From NCBI GenBank assembly GCA_964634935.1, contig CAZWJT010000001.1:16203-80202 (forward strand): a stretch of DNA of 64,000 nt, read 5' to 3'. Below, piece after piece: positions 37,566-47,023 of this stretch. The stretch comes from an uncultured Planctomycetia bacterium (GTDB lineage Bacteria; Omnitrophota; Gorgyraeia; Duberdicusellales; Duberdicusellaceae). Within the stretch, counting starts at the first letter, position 1. Every line of letters starts with the position of its first letter. A program made the position numbers and the translations under genes. Below the pieces are notes generated by a model. The model had not been told where the DNA came from, did no database searches, and saw only the letters and a program-made list of their open reading frames with translations.

Positions 37566-38198
37566 CTACTCGTATAACAGGTTGTCAATTTGAACACGCT
37601 TCACATAAATAATCTCACAAGAACCCATCCCTGTGTCTGATCTACTTAAACTCGTATTCCACCATACTGGATTTTCCCCTTGAAATCCTTTAATGTTAAC
37701 AAGATAGCCCTCGATTCGCATCTTCTGGTTAATGCGCGCAGCACACATCGCCCGATACACGCTTTCATTAGCAGGAATTGTATGGTTATTAGAAGAATGA
37801 GTAATGATATCTTCATTCTGGAAAGGACTCTCTGGGGTATATTGCCAATAATACCATCGATTATTCTGCCAATAGCGGACGAAACGCTTGGCTTCCGACT
37901 CAGCCAGCTTCCCCCAAACAAAAGCAACATCAAACGGAGCTAAACATGCTTCCCAGCTCGAAGAGTACTTTTTTTTGCCCACTACTACGCCAGAAAGAGC
38001 ATAGCGCGCAACTGGCAGAATTTGAAATTCTTCCGTTCCGCATCGAACAGTCAATGTTTCACCGTCAAACGGTTCTTGACAAGGATCCTCGTAGATATCA
38101 ATGATTTGGGAAACTTCTTCTTTTCCCTTATGATTACCACACCCAGAAACTATCAAACCAATGGAACAGAACCCCAGAAAAACAACCAGACTTTTCAT
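37566..38198 (-). CDS. hypothetical lipoprotein
   Basis: Signal peptide with lipobox LIVSGC. 210 aa, Trp/Tyr-rich. Confidence 0.45.
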   Translation of the reverse strand: MKSLVVFLGFCSIGLIVSGCGNHKGKEEVSQIIDIYEDPCQEPFDGETLTVRCGTEEFQILPVARYALSGVVVGKKKYSSSWEACLAPFDVAFVWGKLAESEAKRFVRYWQNNRWYYWQYTPESPFQNEDIITHSSNNHTIPANESVYRAMCAARINQKMRIEGYLVNIKGFQGENPVWWNTSLSRSDTGMGSCEIIYVKRVQIDNLLYE

Positions 38199-38267
38199 AG
38201 AAATAACGGCATTTTTCAGGTGTTTCCCGATAAAGAATAAAACAATTGAACTTTATTCTTCAACCAG

Positions 38268-38870
38268 TCACGAAATGACCAATTCAACAGTGTCAAAATA
38301 AAAGACTCCCTTACTTTCTGGCTTTGGTTCAAACTGAAAACTCTTTAACGGAAAGTCCAGCTGGAAATTGTTATCGGCATTATCCGGCTGCCAGTCTCCT
38401 CGAGGAAGAAAATCATCGAGAGAACAAACAATCTGCTTCCAGCCAGTAAAGGTATCTTCGATAAGATACCGGAAAATCTCATTACCGCTATCTTTTATGT
38501 CGAACGCGATATTAGCCTGGGAATTATTTCCATATACCCAGACGGAAATTGCGCGAACTTTCTTCCATTCAATTCCATCGGGCTTGATGAGCCAAGAAGA
38601 GTTTTTGGCGTCCAGGCCGTACCCGCGAGCAATCCAGATATAGCCGCCAGAAACTGCTTGATAGTCGACTTTAAGCGACTGGTTCCCCGTGTGTTTCATT
38701 TGCTGGTCGGCAGAAACTGCCACCGCTGAACCATTCCCGGATCCAAAATCAACAGTTCCCTCTGGACCACCAATTAAATTTCCCTCAAAATCATCAAGTA
38801 AAATATTTGCTCCTTCCGCGAAACAAACACCTGCAAACAACACGATAACAATCAACCAAAATAAACGCAT
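38268..38870 (-). CDS. hypothetical exported beta-rich protein
   Basis: Start chosen at MRLFWLIVIVLFAGVCFA/EG (GGAGGGG upstream); the track ORF extends to 38924. No motif recognised. Confidence 0.4.
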   Translation of the reverse strand: MRLFWLIVIVLFAGVCFAEGANILLDDFEGNLIGGPEGTVDFGSGNGSAVAVSADQQMKHTGNQSLKVDYQAVSGGYIWIARGYGLDAKNSSWLIKPDGIEWKKVRAISVWVYGNNSQANIAFDIKDSGNEIFRYLIEDTFTGWKQIVCSLDDFLPRGDWQPDNADNNFQLDFPLKSFQFEPKPESKGVFYFDTVELVIS

Positions 38871-38907
38871 TATCCCCTCCTTTTTCATGCTATTAGTATA
38901 CACGAAA

Positions 38908-39927
38908 TCATCGAATATTCCCATTCAAAACGGCTTCTTCCTGGTATTTTCTTAGAAATGGTTCCTCGCATGAATACGAGTTAAAGCATGCTTCAGCCGC
39001 AGCTTTGCATCCGCCGAAACAGCGAAGTCGTAATTTGCATAAACGACAGAATGGAGGAAAAACAGCGACAAAATCCCGTGCAGCCTTTTTCGCGATAATA
39101 TGCTCAAATGACTCAGTATCAATATTACCAAGGATCATCCCGCTATGATTGCACATGCGCACATTACCAAGCGGATCAATCGTGTAATACGCGTTTTCGG
39201 TTCCGGCAGAACAAAATCCAAAGTGAAGCTTCTGGAATTTTCCTAGATTTATTAGGCAGGGCTGAATAGGAATTGAACATGAAATTGGAAAATTATATCG
39301 CATACTAAAAGCGTCTGCTTGCGCAAGAACCAAATCTATCTGGGAAGGTGTCGGAAGCAGCTCTTCGCAATGAAAAACCCCTTCACCGCCGGGATTAAAA
39401 CGGTTAAGCATTAAACTATCCGCACCCAAAGCAAAAGCCAGCTTCGCGGTACCCTCAAAATCCTCAATATTCTTACGGGTTGCAACAAACACAACGACTA
39501 CTCGCGCATGATATTGTTTTAAAGTTACCAGCGTACGGGTAATCTCGTCGAAAGCATCATATCGCATAAGAGCGTTATGAACTGCACGATGACAGCTCAA
39601 TAACGGCAACTCAAAGGTAACGAACTTGGAACAATTTCTTGCCGCTTGCTGAGAGATAAGAGTTCCATTCGTAATGATATTAATCAGAACAGCCTGATCT
39701 TTTAAAAAATGAACTATTTCTTCAAGATCATCACGAAGAAATGGTTCTCCGCCAGTAAGCGTTATAACCGAGGCTTTCGTCTCAGAAAGAATCTTTGCCA
39801 ATAAATCCTTGGTTTTTGCGGTATCAAGTTCTCCCCGCGGGTAGCTAGGATTGCGTTTCCATACGTTATAACAATAAACACAAGAACTGTTACAGCGCTG
39901 GGTAATCTCAAAAATAATATTCCTTAT
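38908..39927 (-). CDS. radical SAM / SPASM-domain maturase; no canonical start codon
   Basis: The in-frame translation upstream of the track ORF gives ...IRNIIFEITQRCNSSCVYCYN (CxxxCxxC), then GGEPFL, and a C-terminal auxiliary-cluster Cys array (CRLCKLRLRCFGGCKAAAEAC). There is no ATG, GTG or TTG between the upstream in-frame TGA and the Cys motif. The only candidates are ATA at 39925-39927 (5 nt after AAGGAGGG) or ATT. The 5' boundary is uncertain. Confidence 0.6.
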   Translation of the reverse strand: MRNIIFEITQRCNSSCVYCYNVWKRNPSYPRGELDTAKTKDLLAKILSETKASVITLTGGEPFLRDDLEEIVHFLKDQAVLINIITNGTLISQQAARNCSKFVTFELPLLSCHRAVHNALMRYDAFDEITRTLVTLKQYHARVVVVFVATRKNIEDFEGTAKLAFALGADSLMLNRFNPGGEGVFHCEELLPTPSQIDLVLAQADAFSMRYNFPISCSIPIQPCLINLGKFQKLHFGFCSAGTENAYYTIDPLGNVRMCNHSGMILGNIDTESFEHIIAKKAARDFVAVFPPFCRLCKLRLRCFGGCKAAAEACFNSYSCEEPFLRKYQEEAVLNGNIR

Positions 39928-39940
39928 GGCTCCCTCCTTC

Positions 39941-41380
39941 TTATTGATTCATTGCTACGATAAAAGAAAGTGCTTCAATCATTTCTGGCCGCACGGGAAA
40001 ATCATCTCGTATCTCTGCTGAATCATATTCCTGGTTTATAAAATAACTCAAAAGTTTCTGCTCTTCTTTTTGATAAAGTTCCCAATTTTTCCCGGATGCT
40101 TTTTTCCAGGCTCCTTCGATGCAAAGCACCATTTCCATATCTTTTGCCAGATTCTTCTCAGCTTGGGCGAGAACTCCCCGTTCAACGATACCCTGCCCTT
40201 GCAACGTTCGAAGCTCTTTTAATCGCGCCTCAATATCGTCACGTAACTTTTGCTGTTTAAATCCCAACACTGTTGGCTCGTAACACGTAATTGCGCTCGT
40301 TGAACGCAAGCGGTGAAAGACACGGTCCTTATAAATACCAACGAGCAGCTCAGCCGTTGAAACGCTGATAATCTTTCTCGCCGTGAACACCGAAAGAAGA
40401 TTACGAAGCTCTTCCTCTTCGCGGGCAAGCGTTGCTGGTATATTTGATGAACGGAAATCCGCTAATCCATTAAACTCATGAACCGAATTCCATTTTTTCT
40501 TCAACACAGCCCACTCAGAAAACGCAGAATAATCTTGGTTTTGGAAATCATTCTCGGACGTATGCCTTTTCGCAACATTCGGAGCAGCCAAAGAATAGAA
40601 ATCAATTATATAGTTGACAGCCTCTTGGACAGAAGGACTGACCACAAGCTCAAAACTCACTTTTCCTTCAGCAAAAAGAAGCGCCAACGCCTCCTCTTCC
40701 TGAAAATCATACTGATGGGTTTGCTGTGTTTTCGCAAAAAGAGCTTCAGCGCGCTTGAGATATTCGATATCGCGACCCAAGGTTTCTTTGGAAGCCCGAA
40801 TAATACTTTCTTCAACATACCCACGGGCCGCAATCTCACCAAGCATTTGGCATCGCTTTTCTAAATTCTCTCGTACAGACCAAACTGAACTACCCAAAGT
40901 AGTCGGTTTATAACAGGTTTCTCCCGATTGCGAGCGCAACCGATGAAAAATCATCTCACCATAAATCATTTCCAGAACAATGGCAACATCTTTTCGAATC
41001 AACCCTTTATCAACAAGAGCAGAAAAATTTCTGGCGAGAATCTGCTTTTTTGTAGCGATAACATCCCGATAATCCGCAGCAGCAGCAACCGCCTCTTTTG
41101 TAAGATCAAGCCACTGCGAGCGAATAGCCAGCCATTCGGAAGTATTTTTCAAATCAGGGGTCTTGGAAAATAAACAATCTTCATTGTTCTTTGCTTGTGC
41201 ATAAGCAAAAGATTGTTGTTGCGAAAAGATAGCAAGAAACGAGGAAAGTGCGATGAAAAATTGCCGACTTAAAAAAGTATTTCCTTTCAGATGAAAAATG
41301 GGTTTTTTTCTCGTGCAGATATAGTAAAGAGCAACAAAAAACGCAAACACGCTCAGCGTAAAAACAGCTATCTTATGCAT
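39941..41380 (-). CDS. hypothetical exported protein with an internal ~190-aa tandem duplication
   Basis: Repeat 1 contains SEWLAIRSQW ... IYGEMIFHRLRSQSGETCYKPTTLG. Repeat 2 contains SEWAVLKKKW ... IYKDRVFHRLRSTSAITCYEPTVLG. N-terminal TM or signal segments. Confidence 0.45.
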   Translation of the reverse strand: MHKIAVFTLSVFAFFVALYYICTRKKPIFHLKGNTFLSRQFFIALSSFLAIFSQQQSFAYAQAKNNEDCLFSKTPDLKNTSEWLAIRSQWLDLTKEAVAAAADYRDVIATKKQILARNFSALVDKGLIRKDVAIVLEMIYGEMIFHRLRSQSGETCYKPTTLGSSVWSVRENLEKRCQMLGEIAARGYVEESIIRASKETLGRDIEYLKRAEALFAKTQQTHQYDFQEEEALALLFAEGKVSFELVVSPSVQEAVNYIIDFYSLAAPNVAKRHTSENDFQNQDYSAFSEWAVLKKKWNSVHEFNGLADFRSSNIPATLAREEEELRNLLSVFTARKIISVSTAELLVGIYKDRVFHRLRSTSAITCYEPTVLGFKQQKLRDDIEARLKELRTLQGQGIVERGVLAQAEKNLAKDMEMVLCIEGAWKKASGKNWELYQKEEQKLLSYFINQEYDSAEIRDDFPVRPEMIEALSFIVAMNQ

Positions 41381-41635
41381 ATTTCTCCTTGGTTAATCTT
41401 GCGGGAATTATTCGCAAAGATAGTTTCTCCGAAAAATTCTTCCGGCTGCATAATGCGCTATCTTCTTTTCCTCCATTCAAGCGCACCAAAAAACAGTAAA
41501 CATAGCAAACAGGTACCATATTATTTCAAATACCGCGCACAGCCTTCCTAAGAGACCGCGGAAAAAACTCTCGGTCAATCATACAACATCCACGGCATAA
41601 ACAACCGGCAAGAATCACAAGACAAGAATACTTTT

Positions 41636-42853
41636 CTAATTTTCATGGTTTATACCGCAACTTGCACGGAAAATTGCCTGCCTGCCAAGTTTGCTTCGGA
41701 TTTTTTCAACCGCCCGGTGTAAATTTTCTCTACGCTTCTCTTCCTGCCAAAAAATAGTCTCGCTCTCTTTTTGACCGCTTAAACGGGAAATCTTAATCCC
41801 GAGAAGCCTAATCATTCCCGCTTGGTCTATGTGTTGGAAAAGAGCGACTGCGTGACGAAACAATATGTCAACAAAGTTTGTGGAAAAAGCTAACGTCACG
41901 GATTTTGTTGTCGTGGTGAAATCTGAGAACCGCACCTTTACTACCAGTGTTCTTCCAACAATCTGTTCATGCCTCAATCTCTCAGAAACATCCTCACAAA
42001 GAGAAAATAGTGTTTTCCTGAGAAGATCGCCATCTCGGGTATCGCGTTCGAAGGTAACCTCGGAACTTATCGATTTTGTCGTAGCATTCTCCTCAACCTG
42101 GTGTGCATCTCTGCCCCAAGCAAGTTCAAAGAAATAATTTCCGTTCTTTCCAAACAATCTCTGCAAAACCTTTAAATCATACCGTGCGAGAGCTCCAATC
42201 GTAGCGACACCCATCCGACGAAGAACTTCTTCTGTTTTCTTACCCAAACCGCACAACTTGGTTACCGGGAGAGGCCACAAAAATTTAAGCAGATCTTGGG
42301 GAACAACCTCGACTAATCCATCTGGCTTCTGAAGATCAGAAGCTATTTTTGCCGCCATTTTTGTTGGTGCAATTCCTAAAGAAGCAGTAAGACCAAGTTT
42401 TTTCAAGATACATTCTTTTAAACTTCTTGCGGCATGAAGACTGGATGCGTATCGATGCATCGTACTCGTCATGTCTAAAAATGCTTCATCGATACTCACG
42501 ACCTCATGCACGGGGGTAAAAGCATCAAAAATCTGATACAATTGACGGGAAACCTGTTGGTAGCGTTCCATACGGACCGGAACGAATACCGCCTGAGGGC
42601 ATAACTTATACGCAATAGATATGGGCATCGCGGAATGTATTCCAAAGGCGCGCGCCTGGTAAGAACAAGTAGAAACTACTCCTCGCCCCCGCCCTCCCTT
42701 GGGGTCGGCGCCAACAATGAGAGGACGGTCACGATAGCTAGGGTTATCTTTCTGCTCTACAGAAGCAAAGAAAGCATCCATGTCTACATGAAAAATTACC
42801 GAAAAATGTTCAACAGACACGCTTTTATTCAATCTAAGCAACCAGTCCATCAA
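41636..42853 (-). CDS. dinB: DNA polymerase IV (Y-family)
   Basis: IFHVDMDAFFASVE catalytic block, SIDEAFLD, and a little-finger domain. 405 aa. Confidence 0.85.
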   Translation of the reverse strand: MMDWLLRLNKSVSVEHFSVIFHVDMDAFFASVEQKDNPSYRDRPLIVGADPKGGRGRGVVSTCSYQARAFGIHSAMPISIAYKLCPQAVFVPVRMERYQQVSRQLYQIFDAFTPVHEVVSIDEAFLDMTSTMHRYASSLHAARSLKECILKKLGLTASLGIAPTKMAAKIASDLQKPDGLVEVVPQDLLKFLWPLPVTKLCGLGKKTEEVLRRMGVATIGALARYDLKVLQRLFGKNGNYFFELAWGRDAHQVEENATTKSISSEVTFERDTRDGDLLRKTLFSLCEDVSERLRHEQIVGRTLVVKVRFSDFTTTTKSVTLAFSTNFVDILFRHAVALFQHIDQAGMIRLLGIKISRLSGQKESETIFWQEEKRRENLHRAVEKIRSKLGRQAIFRASCGINHEN

Positions 42854-45218
42854 CCACTCTTACAGCTTCGACGCAATCTTTCGCATATTCTGCGCCGATG
42901 CTTTGAGCATACCTTTGCGTCACGACTGCTCCGCCAACCACAAAAAAACAATCGATACCTTCTTTCCGAGCCGCTTGAATTACTTCATCCATCTTCACCA
43001 TTGTCGTTGTCATGAGAGCCGAGAGTCCGACGACCTTTGGTTTATGCTGCTTTATTGCCTTGATAATTGTGCCTGTTGAAACATCCTTTCCTAAATCCAC
43101 CACCTCAAAACCATGATTCTTAAGCATCAAGGAAACTAAATTTTTTCCAATATCATGAATATCACCTTCAACGGTAGCTAAAATAACAACGGCTTTGTAG
43201 GCATTTCCCGCATGCTCACGACGCAGTAAAGGATTTAAATGCTCTAATGCTTTCTTTACCACTTCAGCGCTTGCAATAAGCTGAGGAAGAAAATATTCTT
43301 TCCGGTCAAACAAATGACCGACATTTGTGATAGCCGGAATTACAACCGTGTTAACCAAAGCAATGGCCGAGATACCCTCTGCCAAAGCCTGCTTCACAAA
43401 CTTCAAAATTTCTTCCTTATTCCCCTGGCAGATCGCGGAAAAAATTTGATCATGAGAAGAAGTTTTTCCCGACTGAATGTGTTTTGTTCCGTCTTTCTTA
43501 AAATGAACAACATACCTCTGAGCGTGAGTGTCCCGTCCAAGCAAAAGTTCGGCGGCCTTCTTGGTGCAAACAAGTTCTTCGCTCAAAGGATCAGCGATGA
43601 CCGCTGAAAGACCCTTCTGAACCGCCATAGAAAGAAAAGAAGAATTGACCCAAGCGCGCCCAGGCAATCCAAATGAAATATTTGAAAGACCAATCACTGT
43701 ATGTGCTTTCAGTTTTTGCGTGCACCATTCGATAGTCTCTAGCGCTTCAGAAGCAGCATCTGCGCATGACGCAACACTCAAAGCCAAAGCATCAATGAAA
43801 ATATCGTCTGTAGTAAAACCGTGTTTCCGGGCAACCTCCAATACCTTTTCGATAACGTCCTTACGTTGATTGAAGGTTTCCGGAATTTTCTTCCCAGCCA
43901 CCGGCAAAAGAATAAACATAGCTCCGTACCGCCTTGCTAAAGACAAAAACCTGTTTAACTTCGATTTTTCCCCTGAAATTGAATTAATCAACGCTCTCCC
44001 TGGATAAATACGCAAGGCTTGTTCCAGGGCTTCAAAATTCGTTGTGTCCAAAACCAAAGGCAATGGACTGATTACCGATAATAAGCGGACGGCAGAAATT
44101 AAACTCTTCTCCTCAGATATCCCAGCCGCCCCCACATTAACATCCAGCAGATGTGCTCCTTTTTCTCTCTGAGCGTATGCCTGTGTACGTATATAATTTG
44201 TTGAGGAATTCCTCAACTCTGCCTGGAATGCCTTTTTACCAGTTGGATTGATTCGTTCTCCGATAAGTATAATTTCTGGGGTATTTTTGAACAAAAACCC
44301 CTCTCGGGATGAGCTGAGAGCAGAAAGAGAGATGCGTTTATTCTTTACTGGCCTAACGCCTTCTAAATGTTCTTTTAAGGCTGCTATATGTCCAGGAGTC
44401 GTACCACAACACCCTCCAATCATCCGCGCTCCGGATTGAACAATATGTACAGCTTGATGAGCAAAATCTTGCTTATTCATAGTAAATACTGCCTGCCCGT
44501 TGATTAAATGCGGGATATCAGCATTGGGTTTAGCAATGAGAGGCACAAGTGAATAGGGTTGCGCTTGCTGCATACACACAAGCATATCTTCTGGCCCAGT
44601 TGAACAATTACACCCCACAGCATGGGCCCCAAGACTCTGCAGAGTAATCAACGCAGAAAGCATTGTTGTTCCGTTTAAAGTACGGCCGTTCTTCTCGTAG
44701 GTCATCGTAACACAGGTGAATTTTTTCGTGAGTTCCTGTGCTGCAAGAAGTGCTGCTCGAGCTTCCTGGATATCGATCATCGTCTCAATCACCAAAAGAT
44801 CCACTCCGCCCGCAAGCAAACCTTCAATCTGTTCACGAAAAACCAGAACTGCCTCTTCAAACGGAAAGTCTCCGAACGGTTCAACAAATCTTCCGGTAGG
44901 ACCGATATCTCCCGCGACGAGACACCTGCCGTTGGCAGATTTACGTGCAAGCAGTGCTAAATTACGGTTAACAGCCTTAACGTCTTTACGGGAAAAATGA
45001 TCCAACTTACAACGGTTAGCGCCAAACGTGCAAGTATAAAGCACATCAGACCCAGCTCGAACATACGCATCATGAATGGTTTGAAGCACCTTGGGGTTTT
45101 CCAAACACCACAGTTCCGGACAAACTCCGGAGCGCATACCGTGTTTCTGCAACTCAGTTCCCATAGCACCATCAAGAAGAACAACTCGTTTTTGAAGAAG
45201 CTCTTGAATTTTTTCCAT
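42834..45218 (-). CDS. metH: cobalamin-dependent methionine synthase, short form (Hcy-binding, pterin-binding, B12 cap and B12-binding domains; no activation domain)
   Basis: N-terminal homocysteine S-methyltransferase domain (LLDGAMGTEL), GCCGTTP zinc site, pterin-binding barrel, and DIHDIGKNLV (DxHxxG cobalamin motif). Only 794 aa. Confidence 0.9.
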   Translation of the reverse strand: MEKIQELLQKRVVLLDGAMGTELQKHGMRSGVCPELWCLENPKVLQTIHDAYVRAGSDVLYTCTFGANRCKLDHFSRKDVKAVNRNLALLARKSANGRCLVAGDIGPTGRFVEPFGDFPFEEAVLVFREQIEGLLAGGVDLLVIETMIDIQEARAALLAAQELTKKFTCVTMTYEKNGRTLNGTTMLSALITLQSLGAHAVGCNCSTGPEDMLVCMQQAQPYSLVPLIAKPNADIPHLINGQAVFTMNKQDFAHQAVHIVQSGARMIGGCCGTTPGHIAALKEHLEGVRPVKNKRISLSALSSSREGFLFKNTPEIILIGERINPTGKKAFQAELRNSSTNYIRTQAYAQREKGAHLLDVNVGAAGISEEKSLISAVRLLSVISPLPLVLDTTNFEALEQALRIYPGRALINSISGEKSKLNRFLSLARRYGAMFILLPVAGKKIPETFNQRKDVIEKVLEVARKHGFTTDDIFIDALALSVASCADAASEALETIEWCTQKLKAHTVIGLSNISFGLPGRAWVNSSFLSMAVQKGLSAVIADPLSEELVCTKKAAELLLGRDTHAQRYVVHFKKDGTKHIQSGKTSSHDQIFSAICQGNKEEILKFVKQALAEGISAIALVNTVVIPAITNVGHLFDRKEYFLPQLIASAEVVKKALEHLNPLLRREHAGNAYKAVVILATVEGDIHDIGKNLVSLMLKNHGFEVVDLGKDVSTGTIIKAIKQHKPKVVGLSALMTTTMVKMDEVIQAARKEGIDCFFVVGGAVVTQRYAQSIGAEYAKDCVEAVRVVDGLVA

Positions 45219-45230
45219 GTTTTTCTCTCC

Positions 45231-45854
45231 TTATATCCCGCTAATGCCCGCTAGCGCGGTAACTGATTTTTCAGGAATCAACATATAGCTCGTACTCAAG
45301 GTAACACCCAGATCTTCAAGACCAAGAATCTTATAAATCAAAGATTGATTCTCAAGGGCAAAATCACCATACCCGGCAGAGAAACGCTTTGAGGTAAGGT
45401 GTTTCTTATAGCGACGTACACTTTGCTGAAAATAATCCATAATCCAATCAAGGCCGCTGTCTGTCATTTCACTCGCAACGGCATCAAAAATCACCGCTCT
45501 GGTGAAATCTTGATCTGCCGTTACCTGACGAATAATCCGCAGTATTTCTGCTCCAGCAGTAACAGCCATCACCAAAATTTCGTCTGAGTGTTTCAAAAAT
45601 CCAGAAAGCTGCCTACTCTCGAAAAGCGTCTTATCTTCCAAAAGCACGGTATTGTCTGTGATGTCACGAATACCCATGCGCACGGCAAGGCCACGTAAAT
45701 GAATATATCGAAGCGCCTCATGCATGAAGAGCGCAAATTCCTCTTCTTTGCCATCATCGATCCGAGTCAAATGCTCATGATATCCAAGTCGCCGATAAAC
45801 TCGCTCACGAGGTAAAGCAACTGCAGTAATGTCGGAAAATTTTATTTTTTCCAT
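45231..45854 (-). CDS. stand-alone methionine synthase activation (AdoMet-binding) domain protein
   Basis: RFSAGYGDF ... LSTSYMLIPEKSVTALAG parallels the RPAPGYP ... LTESFAMWPGASVSG blocks of the MetH reactivation domain. 207 aa, immediately downstream of metH. Confidence 0.6.
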   Translation of the reverse strand: MEKIKFSDITAVALPRERVYRRLGYHEHLTRIDDGKEEEFALFMHEALRYIHLRGLAVRMGIRDITDNTVLLEDKTLFESRQLSGFLKHSDEILVMAVTAGAEILRIIRQVTADQDFTRAVIFDAVASEMTDSGLDWIMDYFQQSVRRYKKHLTSKRFSAGYGDFALENQSLIYKILGLEDLGVTLSTSYMLIPEKSVTALAGISGI

Positions 45855-45865
45855 TCTATGGGCAT

Positions 45866-47017
45866 TTAGAAAAACCTGTTCGCAATATACCCCAGAATAA
45901 CAATTTGTGGAATCGTGATAATCGGAAGCCAGAGAGCGGTTTTTTTACCGATATTCTTCCAAAGAAGACCTATTTCGGTATAATCAGTAGCAACCCCGCC
46001 TAAAAGGAAAACAAGACTATTGCCAAAAGCGCCGGTTTGCCGAAAAATCTCAAAGGCGACAGGAGAAGAACCTTCTGAACAAACTTCAATGATCATCGCA
46101 AAAACGATTGTCGTCAATAAACCCAAAAGAGTCGGACCAAAATAATGTTCAAAAATATGTCCGGGGATGTAGGCGCCGATGAAACTGGCCAGGATAACAC
46201 CAAACAAGATCCACCCAAGAATCATATCAGAAATACCGCGAATCGAAAGAACAACCCCTCGGAGTTGAATCTTAGCTTCTCGCCAAGAAAATTTAATTTT
46301 TTTCAAGCGTTCTTGGATATCGGCAATGACTGAAAAATTGCCTTCAAAAACAACCGTATTTTTATTTTGCTCAATCCTTTTCAGAAATTCGAGATACTGG
46401 AAAATAAAACCGCTGTTTAAAGCAACAAGGATTGCTGACCCGATTAAAAAAAACGCCTTGAGCCCAAAAAAACTAAAAAACATAACCGTTAGAGGAAAGT
46501 TCGCCCATGGGCTGGCCAGAAGAAAAGCAACCACAGACGCGGCCGAAGCACCTTTTTTATAGAGTGCCATTGCTAACGCCAAAATACCGTGTGAACAAAC
46601 GCTCATAAAAAAACCCAATACAACCGCGCGGAAAATAGTTCTTTTTTCTGGCCGAGCAAGAAACCAAGAAATGTATTCTTGAGGAATATAATAGTCAACG
46701 AATCCTCCCAGAAAAATTCCTAATGCAATTGCCCACCATATTTTTTTTATGTACAAGAAAAATATTTCTCGGAATGGAATAAGCAGGGAGAAAAAATAAG
46801 AACTTCCGCAAACGACAATAGAAAACGCGGCAAGAAGAAAAGCTTTATTCTTGAGAAATCCCCGCCGCGAGAAAAGGCGGGTTAAGACTCTTTCTTGGGA
46901 AACGGAGAATTCTTGACGGCAACGCTGGCTGCAGAAAAAGTAGGTTACTCCTTCTTTGGTTAAAATAATATCTGTCTTCTCATCAACCTGCATCCCACAA
47001 ACAGGATCTCGCGCCAT
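45866..47017 (-). CDS. YHS/TRASH-domain fused to a polytopic membrane permease
   Basis: N-terminus DPVCGMQVDEKTDIILTKEGVTYFFCSQRC (YHS/TRASH metal-binding motif), then about 8 TM helices. Confidence 0.55.
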   Translation of the reverse strand: MARDPVCGMQVDEKTDIILTKEGVTYFFCSQRCRQEFSVSQERVLTRLFSRRGFLKNKAFLLAAFSIVVCGSSYFFSLLIPFREIFFLYIKKIWWAIALGIFLGGFVDYYIPQEYISWFLARPEKRTIFRAVVLGFFMSVCSHGILALAMALYKKGASAASVVAFLLASPWANFPLTVMFFSFFGLKAFFLIGSAILVALNSGFIFQYLEFLKRIEQNKNTVVFEGNFSVIADIQERLKKIKFSWREAKIQLRGVVLSIRGISDMILGWILFGVILASFIGAYIPGHIFEHYFGPTLLGLLTTIVFAMIIEVCSEGSSPVAFEIFRQTGAFGNSLVFLLGGVATDYTEIGLLWKNIGKKTALWLPIITIPQIVILGYIANRFF

Positions 47018-47023
47018 CTATAC

